Below, piece after piece: positions 28,428 to 37,486 of a stretch of DNA of 64,000 bases (its first letter is position 1; each line of letters begins with the position of its first letter). The translations under genes and the position numbers were made by a program. The stretch is taken from contig JBHLJY010000004.1 in the NCBI GenBank assembly GCA_048887225.1, positions 96,001 to 160,000 on the forward strand, given 5' to 3'. Source of the stretch: Candidatus Hodarchaeota archaeon. Its GTDB lineage: Archaea > Asgardarchaeota > Lokiarchaeia > Sigyniarchaeales > SOKP01. Under the pieces are notes generated by a model, which was not told the DNA's origin, did no database searches, and was given only the letters and a program-made list of their open reading frames with translations.

Positions 28428-29854
28428 TTAAGCCGTTAATTTTTCAATGTAGTCTATAACTTTTTTTCTCTTCTCTAACGCTTTAATTGCCGCCTTTTCA
28501 ATTCTATTTTCCATCTCATCGATTAATTTTGGAGTTTGTTCACCAATTTCCTGTTTTATTTTAGTATATGCAGATTCTCGAAACCTTGGCAATATATCTT
28601 TTTTATCTTCATTTTCAAAAATCATAGAAACTTTATTCGAATCATCAACGTACCCAATTTCCGCACATCTAATACCATTATTACCTAAATCAGAAATTAT
28701 TTTCTCAGAAACCTTTTCTGAACAATATATAAGAAGTGCGTCTAATGATACTCCCAAATAATCAACACCGACTTTATCTAATAACTTTAAAACTGTCGAA
28801 TTAACAAGTTTTCTAACTTCTTCTTCATAAATAGTAACACCACAATTTGCCTCATAATTTATCTCATATAAATCACCTCTAAGACCTCCATTGGTCACAT
28901 CGCACATGGCATGAATTTCATCTAAATTATCTGAATTTAAGATTATTTCACATGCTTCGAGGAATTTAACGTTCAACGTCTCTTTTACTACGTCATGATT
29001 ACCAGAATAGATTGCTGTTGTAGTAATCGTCCCACCTCCAGCACCTTCAGTCATTAAAATTTTATCTCCAACTTTAATATTTTTTCGAGCCAATAACGTA
29101 TCGCTTGCAAGACCTACAGCTGCCACACCTCCAACTAAACGATCTCCAATCACCATATCTCCTCCAATTCTTAATGTTGATCCTGCCGTTATTGGAACTT
29201 TTGCTATTTCGGAAACTGCTGAAATGCCCGCCATGAAATCGAACAATTTTCCAACATCAGAATCATCTCCTAAATGAATATCAACCATTATCGAAATAGG
29301 TTTTGCCCCTTTCACATATAGATCCCGAAGTGCAGCCCTCGATACGCTTATGTAAGCTCGTTACATGAAATTACGTGAAAGCCGCATACAAATGGAAAGT
29401 CGCTTAGACGAGAATGAATCCCTTCCATTTTGGAAACAATGATCAAATTATTAGGATCGTAAAGTTCTCCTTTTAATCCCTTTAAATCTCGTAGCCGAAC
29501 AGCTCCCGCATCATCCAAAGAACTAGGTGCTAAATATGCTTTTTGTTTGGTTTCAGATAATTCAGCAATTAATTTATGTACAAAAAAATCTCCCGCACCT
29601 CGACATCCCACTCCCTGTTTTCCGACCGAAACATCAGCATTATAAATATCTAATAATTCTTTAATGAAAGAATCTTTTACTGAACTGATATCACTCTTTT
29701 TGGATTCATCTAAAACTGCTTCAGCTAGCTTCTTTGCTAAATTTTGACCGATCTCTTTATAATCAAGATATTCTTGGACTAATCTTCTAATGATTTGTTG
29801 GTCAGAATTACCCTTTTTAATTAATCTTCTTGTTAAACCTTCTAAATCACTCAT
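28428..29854 (-). CDS. AIR synthase/HypE-like (PurM superfamily) protein, two exons: 29854-29371 and 29341-28428 (465 aa spliced)
   Basis: Exon 1 MSDLEG...GVGCRGAGDF...LDDAGAV...GIHSRLSDFPFVCGFHV; exon 2 (T)RAALRDLYVKGAKP...GSTLRIGGD...CDVTNGG; contiguous once 29 nt are removed. Confidence 0.88.
29342..29370 (-). other. 29-nt bulge-helix-bulge (BHB) intron in mRNA
   Basis: 10-bp exon helix, 4-bp central helix, two 3-nt bulges (AAU, AUC), closed intron stem; canonical cleavage restores the frame. Confidence 0.85.
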
Positions 29855-30120
29855 ATATATAACACTTAATATTTTAATTCTATCAATCAATAATATAACA
29901 ACGATTTTATTAAGTTAAATAGCAAAAATTAAAAGAAAAATTCTTTGATTACTTAATATTCTGGAATAATTTATTCCAAAAATTAAATATATTTGAACTT
30001 AAATATTTTTAACCAAATCAAGTTAAATTTTAAAAATTATATTAAAGAATTGAAAGATTGTTTTAAATTTTTATTCTATTAATTAATTCTTTTACAAAAA
30101 TAAAGAAAAAAAGTTGTCTA

Positions 30121-30143
30121 TTAGGCAAACCTACACTTAAATA
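30121..30143 (+). promoter_or_regulatory. DtxR-like box TTAGG-CAAA-CCTAC next to TATA-like CTTAAATA upstream of zupT
   Basis: TAGG-N4-CCTA inverted repeat upstream of a metal transporter. Confidence 0.45.
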
Positions 30144-30237
30144 TTAGTCTTAATTATTGATATTATAAATAAATTAATGGTGATAGATTCTTCTATTGCC
30201 AACCACTTATATTAGAAAAAAAGATTTTCTTTAAATA

Positions 30238-31083
30238 ATGGAAACTTTTGTATTTGCTCTTATATTAGCCTTATTAGCTGGACTCTCTACAACAGTAGGG
30301 TGTATTATTGCATTCTTAGTGAAAAAACCTAGTCCAGAATTTCTTTCTATAATCATGGGATTTTCAGCGGGAGTGATGATTCTTGTATCTTTTGTAGAGT
30401 TATTAATAGAAGGAATAAACATTAATGGATTTATTATGGGGATTATCTTCTTTTTTGTTGGATTGTTTATGATGTTATTGGTTGATATGACTGTAACTCA
30501 TAAATATGAATTTGAAGACACTTTTAAAATTCTTTATGACGAAAATTTAGAAAAAAATGAGAATAGCCTTCCCCCCTCTACTCGAAGACGACGACGTCGA
30601 TATAGATATGGTCGCGAAAAAACAGAGGTGAACTTAGAAAAAACTTCTTTATTAGTATTTTTAGGTGTATTTATTCATAATATCCCAGAGGGAATAGCTA
30701 CTTTTATAGGTACAATACAAAGTATAGAACTAGGTATTATATTAGCCGTTGCAATTGCACTTCATAACATTCCTGAAGGAATCGCAGTTGCAACTCCAAT
30801 ATACATTAGTACTGAAAGCAGAAAAAAAGCATTTCTTTGGTCGTTTTTGTCAGGAATCAGCGAATTTATTGGAGCGGTTGTTTTTGGATTGATTCTTTAT
30901 CCTTTTATTAACAATTATCTATTAGGAGCAATGCTTGCTATTGTAGCCGGACTTATGGTTTATATATCGTTGGATGAATTATTACCAGTTTCTCATTCCC
31001 TTGGAAGAGAACATCTATCAATCTTAGGACTTATAATGGGAATGCTTGTAATGTCTTTAAGTTTAGTGTTGTTTTTAAAATAA
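30238..31083 (+). CDS. zupT: ZIP-family metal transporter ZupT
   Basis: GFSAGVMI, IHNIPEG and LHNIPEG motifs, YISLDELLP. Confidence 0.9.
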   Translation: METFVFALILALLAGLSTTVGCIIAFLVKKPSPEFLSIIMGFSAGVMILVSFVELLIEGININGFIMGIIFFFVGLFMMLLVDMTVTHKYEFEDTFKILYDENLEKNENSLPPSTRRRRRRYRYGREKTEVNLEKTSLLVFLGVFIHNIPEGIATFIGTIQSIELGIILAVAIALHNIPEGIAVATPIYISTESRKKAFLWSFLSGISEFIGAVVFGLILYPFINNYLLGAMLAIVAGLMVYISLDELLPVSHSLGREHLSILGLIMGMLVMSLSLVLFLK

Positions 31084-31169
31084 GAGAAATCCAAAAACAA
31101 ATTAAATTATATTTAAATCTTTTTAAAAATTCTAATTCTTAGTTTTGAATTTGTAGAAAATCACTCGCA

Positions 31170-32174
31170 ATGAAAGTCAGAATTACTACGCCCTGCAGAA
31201 TACATTTATCTTTAATAGACGAGAACGGTTATACTGGTAGGGTTGATGGCGGAATCGGTCTTATGCTTGATCAACCGAATGTTGTTTTAGAGGTTTCTAA
31301 TCACGCAAGTAAATTTACTATTGAATGTGATAAATATTATAGAGAATCGATAAATGTAATAAATCAAAAAGCTTCGAAAATCTTTAAATTATTTCACATA
31401 AATAATAAGAACTTTCATTTTGATTTAAAAAAGTATTATCCTAGGCATGTAGGATTAGGTTCAAGAACTCAGCTAAGTCTAGCAATTGGTACTGCGATTG
31501 CTACATTAAAAACTATGGATATCCCTGTAGAAGAAATTACTAAGATGGTCGAAAGAGGGGGAACCTCGGGGATAGGTTGGCGAGGTTTTGAAACCGGAGG
31601 TTTTATTCTCGATGGTGGTCACGATTTTGGTGTAGGAAAGGAAAAAGAAAACTTATTACCATCTTCAGCAGCAAATTCAGCCAATCCAGCATTAACAATA
31701 TCACGGTATGATATTCCAGAAAATTGGCGTTTTGTCCTTGTAATTCCTAATGTAAAACCTGGGGCACATGGAGAAGATGAAGTAAAGATTTTCAAGAATT
31801 ATACTCCTATCCCAAGAGAAGAAGTTAACGAAGTTTCACATCAAATTCTAATGAAGGTCTTACCTGGAATCTTAAAGAATGATTTAGAATGCTTCGGGGA
31901 AGGATTGAAGAGAATTCAAAATATTGGATTCAAAAAAATTGAAATAAGCTTACAACACCAAATTGTGAGGGATATCTTAATGTTTTTCGAAAATAATGGT
32001 GTAAAGGCTTACGGAATGTCTTCTTTTGGACCAAGTGTTATTGGTATTACAGAAACAGATGCAGAAGCAGAAAAATTAAAAAGATCTGTAGAAGAGTTCA
32101 CAAAAGATATTGGCGGTCATTATTATATCTGTAAGCCCAATAATACTGGAGCAAAAATAGAATATATTGAATGA
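31170..32174 (+). CDS. mptG: Beta-ribofuranosylaminobenzene 5'-phosphate synthase (GHMP family)
   Basis: TPCRIHLSLID, GRVDGGIG, HVGLGSRTQ, RGGTSGIG, LDGGH, GMSSFGP. Confidence 0.9.
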   Translation: MKVRITTPCRIHLSLIDENGYTGRVDGGIGLMLDQPNVVLEVSNHASKFTIECDKYYRESINVINQKASKIFKLFHINNKNFHFDLKKYYPRHVGLGSRTQLSLAIGTAIATLKTMDIPVEEITKMVERGGTSGIGWRGFETGGFILDGGHDFGVGKEKENLLPSSAANSANPALTISRYDIPENWRFVLVIPNVKPGAHGEDEVKIFKNYTPIPREEVNEVSHQILMKVLPGILKNDLECFGEGLKRIQNIGFKKIEISLQHQIVRDILMFFENNGVKAYGMSSFGPSVIGITETDAEAEKLKRSVEEFTKDIGGHYYICKPNNTGAKIEYIE

Positions 32175-32180
32175 GAATCA

Positions 32181-32576
32181 ATGTCAAATAATAACCTTAA
32201 AATCTATTTTTCACCTGATTTAAGTGATAGAGAACGAGCTTGTTTTGAAACGGGCATAAAACTAGGTGCTCTTTATCATATTTTAAGTGGCATTCCTATT
32301 TCTTCTAATGATAAAATAATTAAATCTATTGAGGAAGGAATAGAAGCAGCAGTTTCTTGCCAACCTTATGTAAAGTCAATTAATATCAATTTAGATAAAG
32401 AGAAAATTATAGGAGATAAGAATACTGAATTTGATTACGACGAAATAACTGGAAAAATAATCCGTGCAGAGCTCGTACTCGAATATGAATCAATAGAAAT
32501 TTTAGCTAAAATCGATTGGGTTGAAGATCTACAATATCCATTAATGTTTATTGAAAAAATTCATACGAAAAAGTAG
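32181..32576 (+). CDS. mptD: Archaeal dihydroneopterin aldolase
   Basis: SDRERACFETGIKLGALYH, QPYV, L.YPLMFI. Confidence 0.85.
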   Translation: MSNNNLKIYFSPDLSDRERACFETGIKLGALYHILSGIPISSNDKIIKSIEEGIEAAVSCQPYVKSININLDKEKIIGDKNTEFDYDEITGKIIRAELVLEYESIEILAKIDWVEDLQYPLMFIEKIHTKK

Positions 32577-32613
32577 ATATATCAATTTGGATTATGGTAA
32601 TGACTTATTGTAA

Positions 32614-33306
32614 TTATGGAATTAAATAACTGATATATTTGCTTACAAGATCTATAGTTTTAAGCGCACGTTTATTTTTACCAAACCTTTTGATATTTCC
32701 CATATGATCTATTATTTCATCGTGAATTACATTAAATAAAGCGAATTCATTTTTTTCTTTAGCAATTTTTAATCTAGTTGCTAACACGATAATTTCTAGT
32801 GCTAAATTTTCAGCCCGGTTGAAGAATTTGAAAGAATCTTTTAACTTTTTGAAAGCTATTATATCTATTGTAAATTCACTAACTTCCGTTTCACCAAAAC
32901 CATTTTTTTTGGTAGTTTGATCTTCTTTAACAACTTTACCGAATAAGATTAACCAAGCTTTAATAATGTAAGGAATTTTATCGCTAGGGATTTCATGATA
33001 TTCATAGTATTTAATAGGAAATTCTTTTATTCCTATTTGAGAGTTTGGCTCCTTTAAAGCTGCTAACGCGTACAAATACACATCATCAACAAAGTTTACA
33101 ACAATCCAGCCGTTTTTTTTTAAATTTCTTAGAGTTATTGTCTCTGGGTAAGGGCTGATCTTAAGAAGATTATCCTCACTAAATCTAATCCCCATGCATG
33201 CTGTATTAGGTTTGACGTTATCTTTTTTATCAGGTTTTGAAAAAGTTGTGGCTAAAATTTCATATAGATTACCTTTTTCCAGCCCGAAATCTCTGTAATT
33301 AAACAT
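32614..33306 (-). CDS. DUF447-family protein
   Basis: YEILATT, PNTACMGI, TLRNL, FNRAEN.ALE.IV.ATR. Confidence 0.7.
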   Translation of the reverse strand: MFNYRDFGLEKGNLYEILATTFSKPDKKDNVKPNTACMGIRFSEDNLLKISPYPETITLRNLKKNGWIVVNFVDDVYLYALAALKEPNSQIGIKEFPIKYYEYHEIPSDKIPYIIKAWLILFGKVVKEDQTTKKNGFGETEVSEFTIDIIAFKKLKDSFKFFNRAENLALEIIVLATRLKIAKEKNEFALFNVIHDEIIDHMGNIKRFGKNKRALKTIDLVSKYISYLIP

Positions 33307-33408
33307 TATATTTATAACTATAATTTATCAAATCAAAAAAGATATTCAAATCAAAATAATTATAAATTAAATTTAAAAAATTTTGGTAAAAATAAGAAAA
33401 AATCTTGT

Positions 33409-33879
33409 TTATTTTTTTCTTTGCCTTTTAAGAGTCTCCTCGATTTCAAGCAATATTCCTAAACTTTCCTCAGTATCAAAATATGCATATGCTTGTCTTC
33501 CTATTTGTCCAGACTGAATAACAGGATAATTAAGCTTTTCAAATAGTTCAATATACGATTGCATACCATCTACAAAAATAGCTACATGGTGAAGCCCTTC
33601 TCTTCCTTGATCTAAAAATTCTCTATAAATACACTCACCCTCTACCAATTGAATAAGCTCTATTTGTAAATTGAAATTGCGGCTGAACGCTATTTTATAA
33701 GTTACATCAGAATCTTTTCCCCTATACTTGATCGTACCGCTGATGCTTGGCATAATTGTAAATTTTGGTATATTAAATAAATTTTCCATAATTCTGGCTT
33801 GTTTTTCAACATCTTTATAAACATAACCAAATTGGTCAATTTTAAGATTACTTAAATCGATTTTTAAATTACTTTCCAT
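33409..33879 (-). CDS. VOC (glyoxalase / methylmalonyl-CoA epimerase-like) protein
   Basis: IDQFGYV, QIELIQ, GREGLHHVAI, AYFDT...GILLEI. Confidence 0.85.
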   Translation of the reverse strand: MESNLKIDLSNLKIDQFGYVYKDVEKQARIMENLFNIPKFTIMPSISGTIKYRGKDSDVTYKIAFSRNFNLQIELIQLVEGECIYREFLDQGREGLHHVAIFVDGMQSYIELFEKLNYPVIQSGQIGRQAYAYFDTEESLGILLEIEETLKRQRKK

Positions 33880-33939
33880 TTTTTCTCAACAAGAAATTTA
33901 ATTTTATTAAATTATATTTCAAATTTAAAGTATAAAAAA

Positions 33940-34818
33940 CTATAATTCGAATTTTGTAACTTTCTGTCTCTTATCTATTTTAGGATAGATTTTACCAGTT
34001 ATAGGAGGAGAACTGTTATAAATTTCCTCGATTTCAATTAATCCAAACTCTATATCTTCAAGTTTTTGAACACCTGTGAAAGTTCCTTTTACTACCTGGC
34101 TTGCCATATCGAAATTTGCTGCAAAAACAGCAACTTTAGAGTCGATGGGAATCTGTAATAAATCCTCCTTTAAAGCAGTTAGAGGAAAATAGAGTCTATT
34201 GTGATCGACGGCTTGGAGTTGAAGATGTGGGATAATAATCGGATAATCATCCGAAGGATCAATATAAGCAATAGCTCTAACACCAATACCGGCCGTAAGA
34301 AGTTTATATCCAATAACATTTAATCGTTTTTCTTCAAGCCCGGTTTTCGCTGATTTTACAATCTGTTTGGCAATTTTTTTAGCAATACCTCCAAATGGCA
34401 ATTCTCTAATAGGAGTGGTTGCTACAATATAGTTGTAGTAGACTTTATAGATATTAATATATGTGAAATACCTCATAAAGTCTGACTTGTTAAAATATTC
34501 TATATCTTCTCCTTCAGTTTTCGTATGACTGAAATCTGCTTTTACTTGGATGAATTTAAAAGGGGCCTCCGCAGTCATGTAAAAAAGCCCTTGTTTTGGA
34601 TTCTTTTGGACATATTCTTTGCTTAAACCTTTAGCAAATTGCCCCCACACTATTTGATTTTTAGTTATTGCCCTGTTACTTGAAATTAAGGTTAAATGAG
34701 GCCAACCACGCGGATCTACAGTTGATATTAATTTTACCATGATTTCTGGTTGTGTAAAGTTAATAATTTCATCTGAAAGTTCGGAAATCCACTGAGGTAA
34801 TTTATCATCCTTATTCAT
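33940..34818 (-). CDS. Tandem FMN/F420-binding split-barrel (PNPOx-like) protein
   Basis: VKLISTVDPRGWPHLT and second repeat VRAIAYIDPSDDYPIIIP. Confidence 0.6.
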   Translation of the reverse strand: MNKDDKLPQWISELSDEIINFTQPEIMVKLISTVDPRGWPHLTLISSNRAITKNQIVWGQFAKGLSKEYVQKNPKQGLFYMTAEAPFKFIQVKADFSHTKTEGEDIEYFNKSDFMRYFTYINIYKVYYNYIVATTPIRELPFGGIAKKIAKQIVKSAKTGLEEKRLNVIGYKLLTAGIGVRAIAYIDPSDDYPIIIPHLQLQAVDHNRLYFPLTALKEDLLQIPIDSKVAVFAANFDMASQVVKGTFTGVQKLEDIEFGLIEIEEIYNSSPPITGKIYPKIDKRQKVTKFEL

Positions 34819-34868
34819 TTTTTAATCATCCAAAATAAATATATTAGACCTTTATATTATTTAATTCT

Positions 34869-35876
34869 TTATTCGCAAGATGGTAATTTAATATCTTTCT
34901 TTTTTTGACCCTTATCATCGCTACGTTCAACTCTTTTAGTCATTCCGGACCATTTCACATTTTTAACGCCTGTGTTCTTAGCAAGTTCGTAAAAATGTTC
35001 CAATTTATCTTTAGTCATTAAAGGTTCTTCCTTTAAAACCCAATCAAGATCTAACCTTTCGTATTTCGCTGTACATAGATTGTTAAAACTTAAAAGATCC
35101 CATCTTTCGGGAATATTATTTAAATTATTCACTATGAACTCTCCTATGGCTCTAATATTATCATCAGTAGCAGTAAAGTGAGGTATAATCGGAGTCCTTA
35201 TCCACATTTTTTTACCATTTCTATCTATGTAATTCGAAATTAAAACTGCATTTTCTAAAATCCGTTCATTTGGAACCCCAGTATATTCTTTATGTTTTTC
35301 AGAATTTATTAGTTTTATGTCTAAAAGAATTAAATCTACATATGGGAGTAATTTTTCGTATATACTATAAGAAGCATATCCGCACGTATCTAGCGCAGTA
35401 GAAATCCCATTTTCCTTACATTTTTTCAAAAATTGTTCTATGAACTCTGGTTGCTGTGTAGGTTCACCTCCCGAAATTGTTATTCCTCCTTTAGATTTAG
35501 TATAATAGACTTTATCTTTTTCAACTTCGCGAAAAAGGTCGTCTATATTCCACCATTTACCTAACATATTTAATGCTGTGCTTGGACATGCTTCTGAACA
35601 TTCTCCACAGCTATTACATTTTTCTCTATCAATATTTAAACCATCTTCATCAAAAGATAAAGCAATTTGTTGGCATGTTTCAATGCAAGTCTTGCAACCG
35701 ATACATTTATGTTTTAACCATTCAAGCTGGGATTTTTTAAGGATTGATTCAGGGTTGTGGCACCATATACATCTTAAAGGACATTGCTTCATAAAAACTG
35801 TTGTTCGAATGCCTGGACCGTCCTCAGTCGACATTTTTTGAATCTGAAAAATTAGTCCATTTTCAGCTTCTACCAT
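34869..35876 (-). CDS. Glycyl-radical enzyme activating enzyme (radical SAM with ferredoxin insert)
   Basis: EDGPGIRTTVFMKQCPLRCIWCHNPES, two CxxCxxCxxxC ferredoxin motifs, SGGEP. Confidence 0.93.
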   Translation of the reverse strand: MVEAENGLIFQIQKMSTEDGPGIRTTVFMKQCPLRCIWCHNPESILKKSQLEWLKHKCIGCKTCIETCQQIALSFDEDGLNIDREKCNSCGECSEACPSTALNMLGKWWNIDDLFREVEKDKVYYTKSKGGITISGGEPTQQPEFIEQFLKKCKENGISTALDTCGYASYSIYEKLLPYVDLILLDIKLINSEKHKEYTGVPNERILENAVLISNYIDRNGKKMWIRTPIIPHFTATDDNIRAIGEFIVNNLNNIPERWDLLSFNNLCTAKYERLDLDWVLKEEPLMTKDKLEHFYELAKNTGVKNVKWSGMTKRVERSDDKGQKKKDIKLPSCE

Positions 35877-36041
35877 TTTTATCAATATTACTTTAATAAC
35901 AATATTATAGGTTTATATCTAATTTTCTCACTTAATTCATGTATATAATTATATGCCAGATAAAAAATATTGCGCTAATTTTTTGAAACAGTTGCTTTTT
36001 AACTAAAAAAAATAGAAATAGGATTTTTCCAGAAATATGCC

Positions 36042-37451
36042 CTAGAGATCAAGTTCTCTTAACTTCTTAGCATTTGCTTCTATTTGTTCTGAAGTAATAT
36101 TATAAAATTTCCAGAAGAGGAAGATTCCAATGAATACAATTAACAAAGGAAATAGTGCTATTTGAATTCTTAATCCCATAAGTTCAGCAGGACTTGTTGA
36201 TCCTGATTTGTAGCCTGTAAATGTTCTCACTATCCAAAATACTATTGCTGTATAGGCAATTCCTACCCGTGAGAAAAATAGATATGTTCCATTATATAAT
36301 CCCTCCTGACGTTTTCCAGTAGATACTGCTGCTTCATCAATTACACTAGAAAATAATGGCATTGTCATGCTTATTATAGCTCCATCAACACATCCTGCAA
36401 TAATAAAGATAATAATTGCCAATGGAAGACCACTCGGTCCAACTGGAACAAATAGGAGGGGGATACCCATACAACTTAACATGACGGCCCCGATTAATGC
36501 AACCCGTTTGATTCCAATCCTGAAAGATAGTTTATACCAGAGAGGTGCCGCGGCTATAACCGATATTACATAAAACAATAAAATAATTTCACCTATTTTT
36601 GACATTTGTAAAATATCTTCAACAAAAAAAGGCAATGAAGCCATAACAAGTCCCATAGCAGAAGTATAACAGACATATAAAGCCAAATAAGCAATAAAAT
36701 TTTTATCCTTCAAGGTAATTTTCATCCCTGTGAAGAAAGGCACTGCTTCTTCTTCTCCTAGGCGAGCTCGACGCTCTCTTATTTCTGGTCCTTCACGTAC
36801 ACCAGGTATCATTAATAAAAAGATACCAAAACTAACTCCCGCAACTACAAACGCTTGGATTGCCCATCCAGTTTCTCCACCAAGTATCTCGATAATTAAT
36901 ACAGGTATTAATATACCAAGTAAAATTCCAATCGTTTCAAGAACAGTTGTAATTGTACCAGCTATTCTTCGATCCTTACTATCACGAAATTTATCGGGAA
37001 AAAGAGCTACTCTATTGATATCAAAGAGTGAAAACACAGCATCATAAAGACACATGAAAAATAATAGCCAGAAAAACACTCCTAAATGTCCTATTTGGCT
37101 GATTGAGGGAGCCATAAAGAGAAAAATAACAACAAAGCACCAAGGTATCCCGCCCATAATAATAAATGGAAATCGTTTACCCCAACGTTTCGTTAAACGC
37201 TTTGATTTATCGCAGAGATAACCTAAGAGTGGATCATTAAACATGTTAAATACCATATAGATGATCATAGCAATAACATACAAAGTGATATCCAAACCGA
37301 CTACGGTTTGATAGTAATAAGGTAATTGTTGAGTATATAATTGAGACATCATTAATCCGATAAAATTTCCAAGCTGAAATGATGTAATTATCTTCTTTGG
37401 ATATCTATTTATGATGAGCTCATCGTTATCCTTTCGTACTACTTCCGTCAT
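36042..37451 (-). CDS. MFS transporter, GPH (MelB-like) family
   Basis: NDPLLGYLCD...WGKRFPF, SVIDE...GKRQEGLYNG; multi-TM. Confidence 0.88.
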   Translation of the reverse strand: MTEVVRKDNDELIINRYPKKIITSFQLGNFIGLMMSQLYTQQLPYYYQTVVGLDITLYVIAMIIYMVFNMFNDPLLGYLCDKSKRLTKRWGKRFPFIIMGGIPWCFVVIFLFMAPSISQIGHLGVFFWLLFFMCLYDAVFSLFDINRVALFPDKFRDSKDRRIAGTITTVLETIGILLGILIPVLIIEILGGETGWAIQAFVVAGVSFGIFLLMIPGVREGPEIRERRARLGEEEAVPFFTGMKITLKDKNFIAYLALYVCYTSAMGLVMASLPFFVEDILQMSKIGEIILLFYVISVIAAAPLWYKLSFRIGIKRVALIGAVMLSCMGIPLLFVPVGPSGLPLAIIIFIIAGCVDGAIISMTMPLFSSVIDEAAVSTGKRQEGLYNGTYLFFSRVGIAYTAIVFWIVRTFTGYKSGSTSPAELMGLRIQIALFPLLIVFIGIFLFWKFYNITSEQIEANAKKLRELDL

Positions 37452-37486
37452 AAATTTCCTCTCTAATTTTGATTGCTCCTAATTTT

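Noticed and set aside
28428-29890. Reading the split AIR-synthase-like gene as a pseudogene or as Sec/Pyl readthrough
   Set aside because: The stop is TAA and the halves are in different frames, so readthrough cannot join them. Both halves are otherwise intact, and the insert forms an exact BHB whose canonical cleavage restores the frame.
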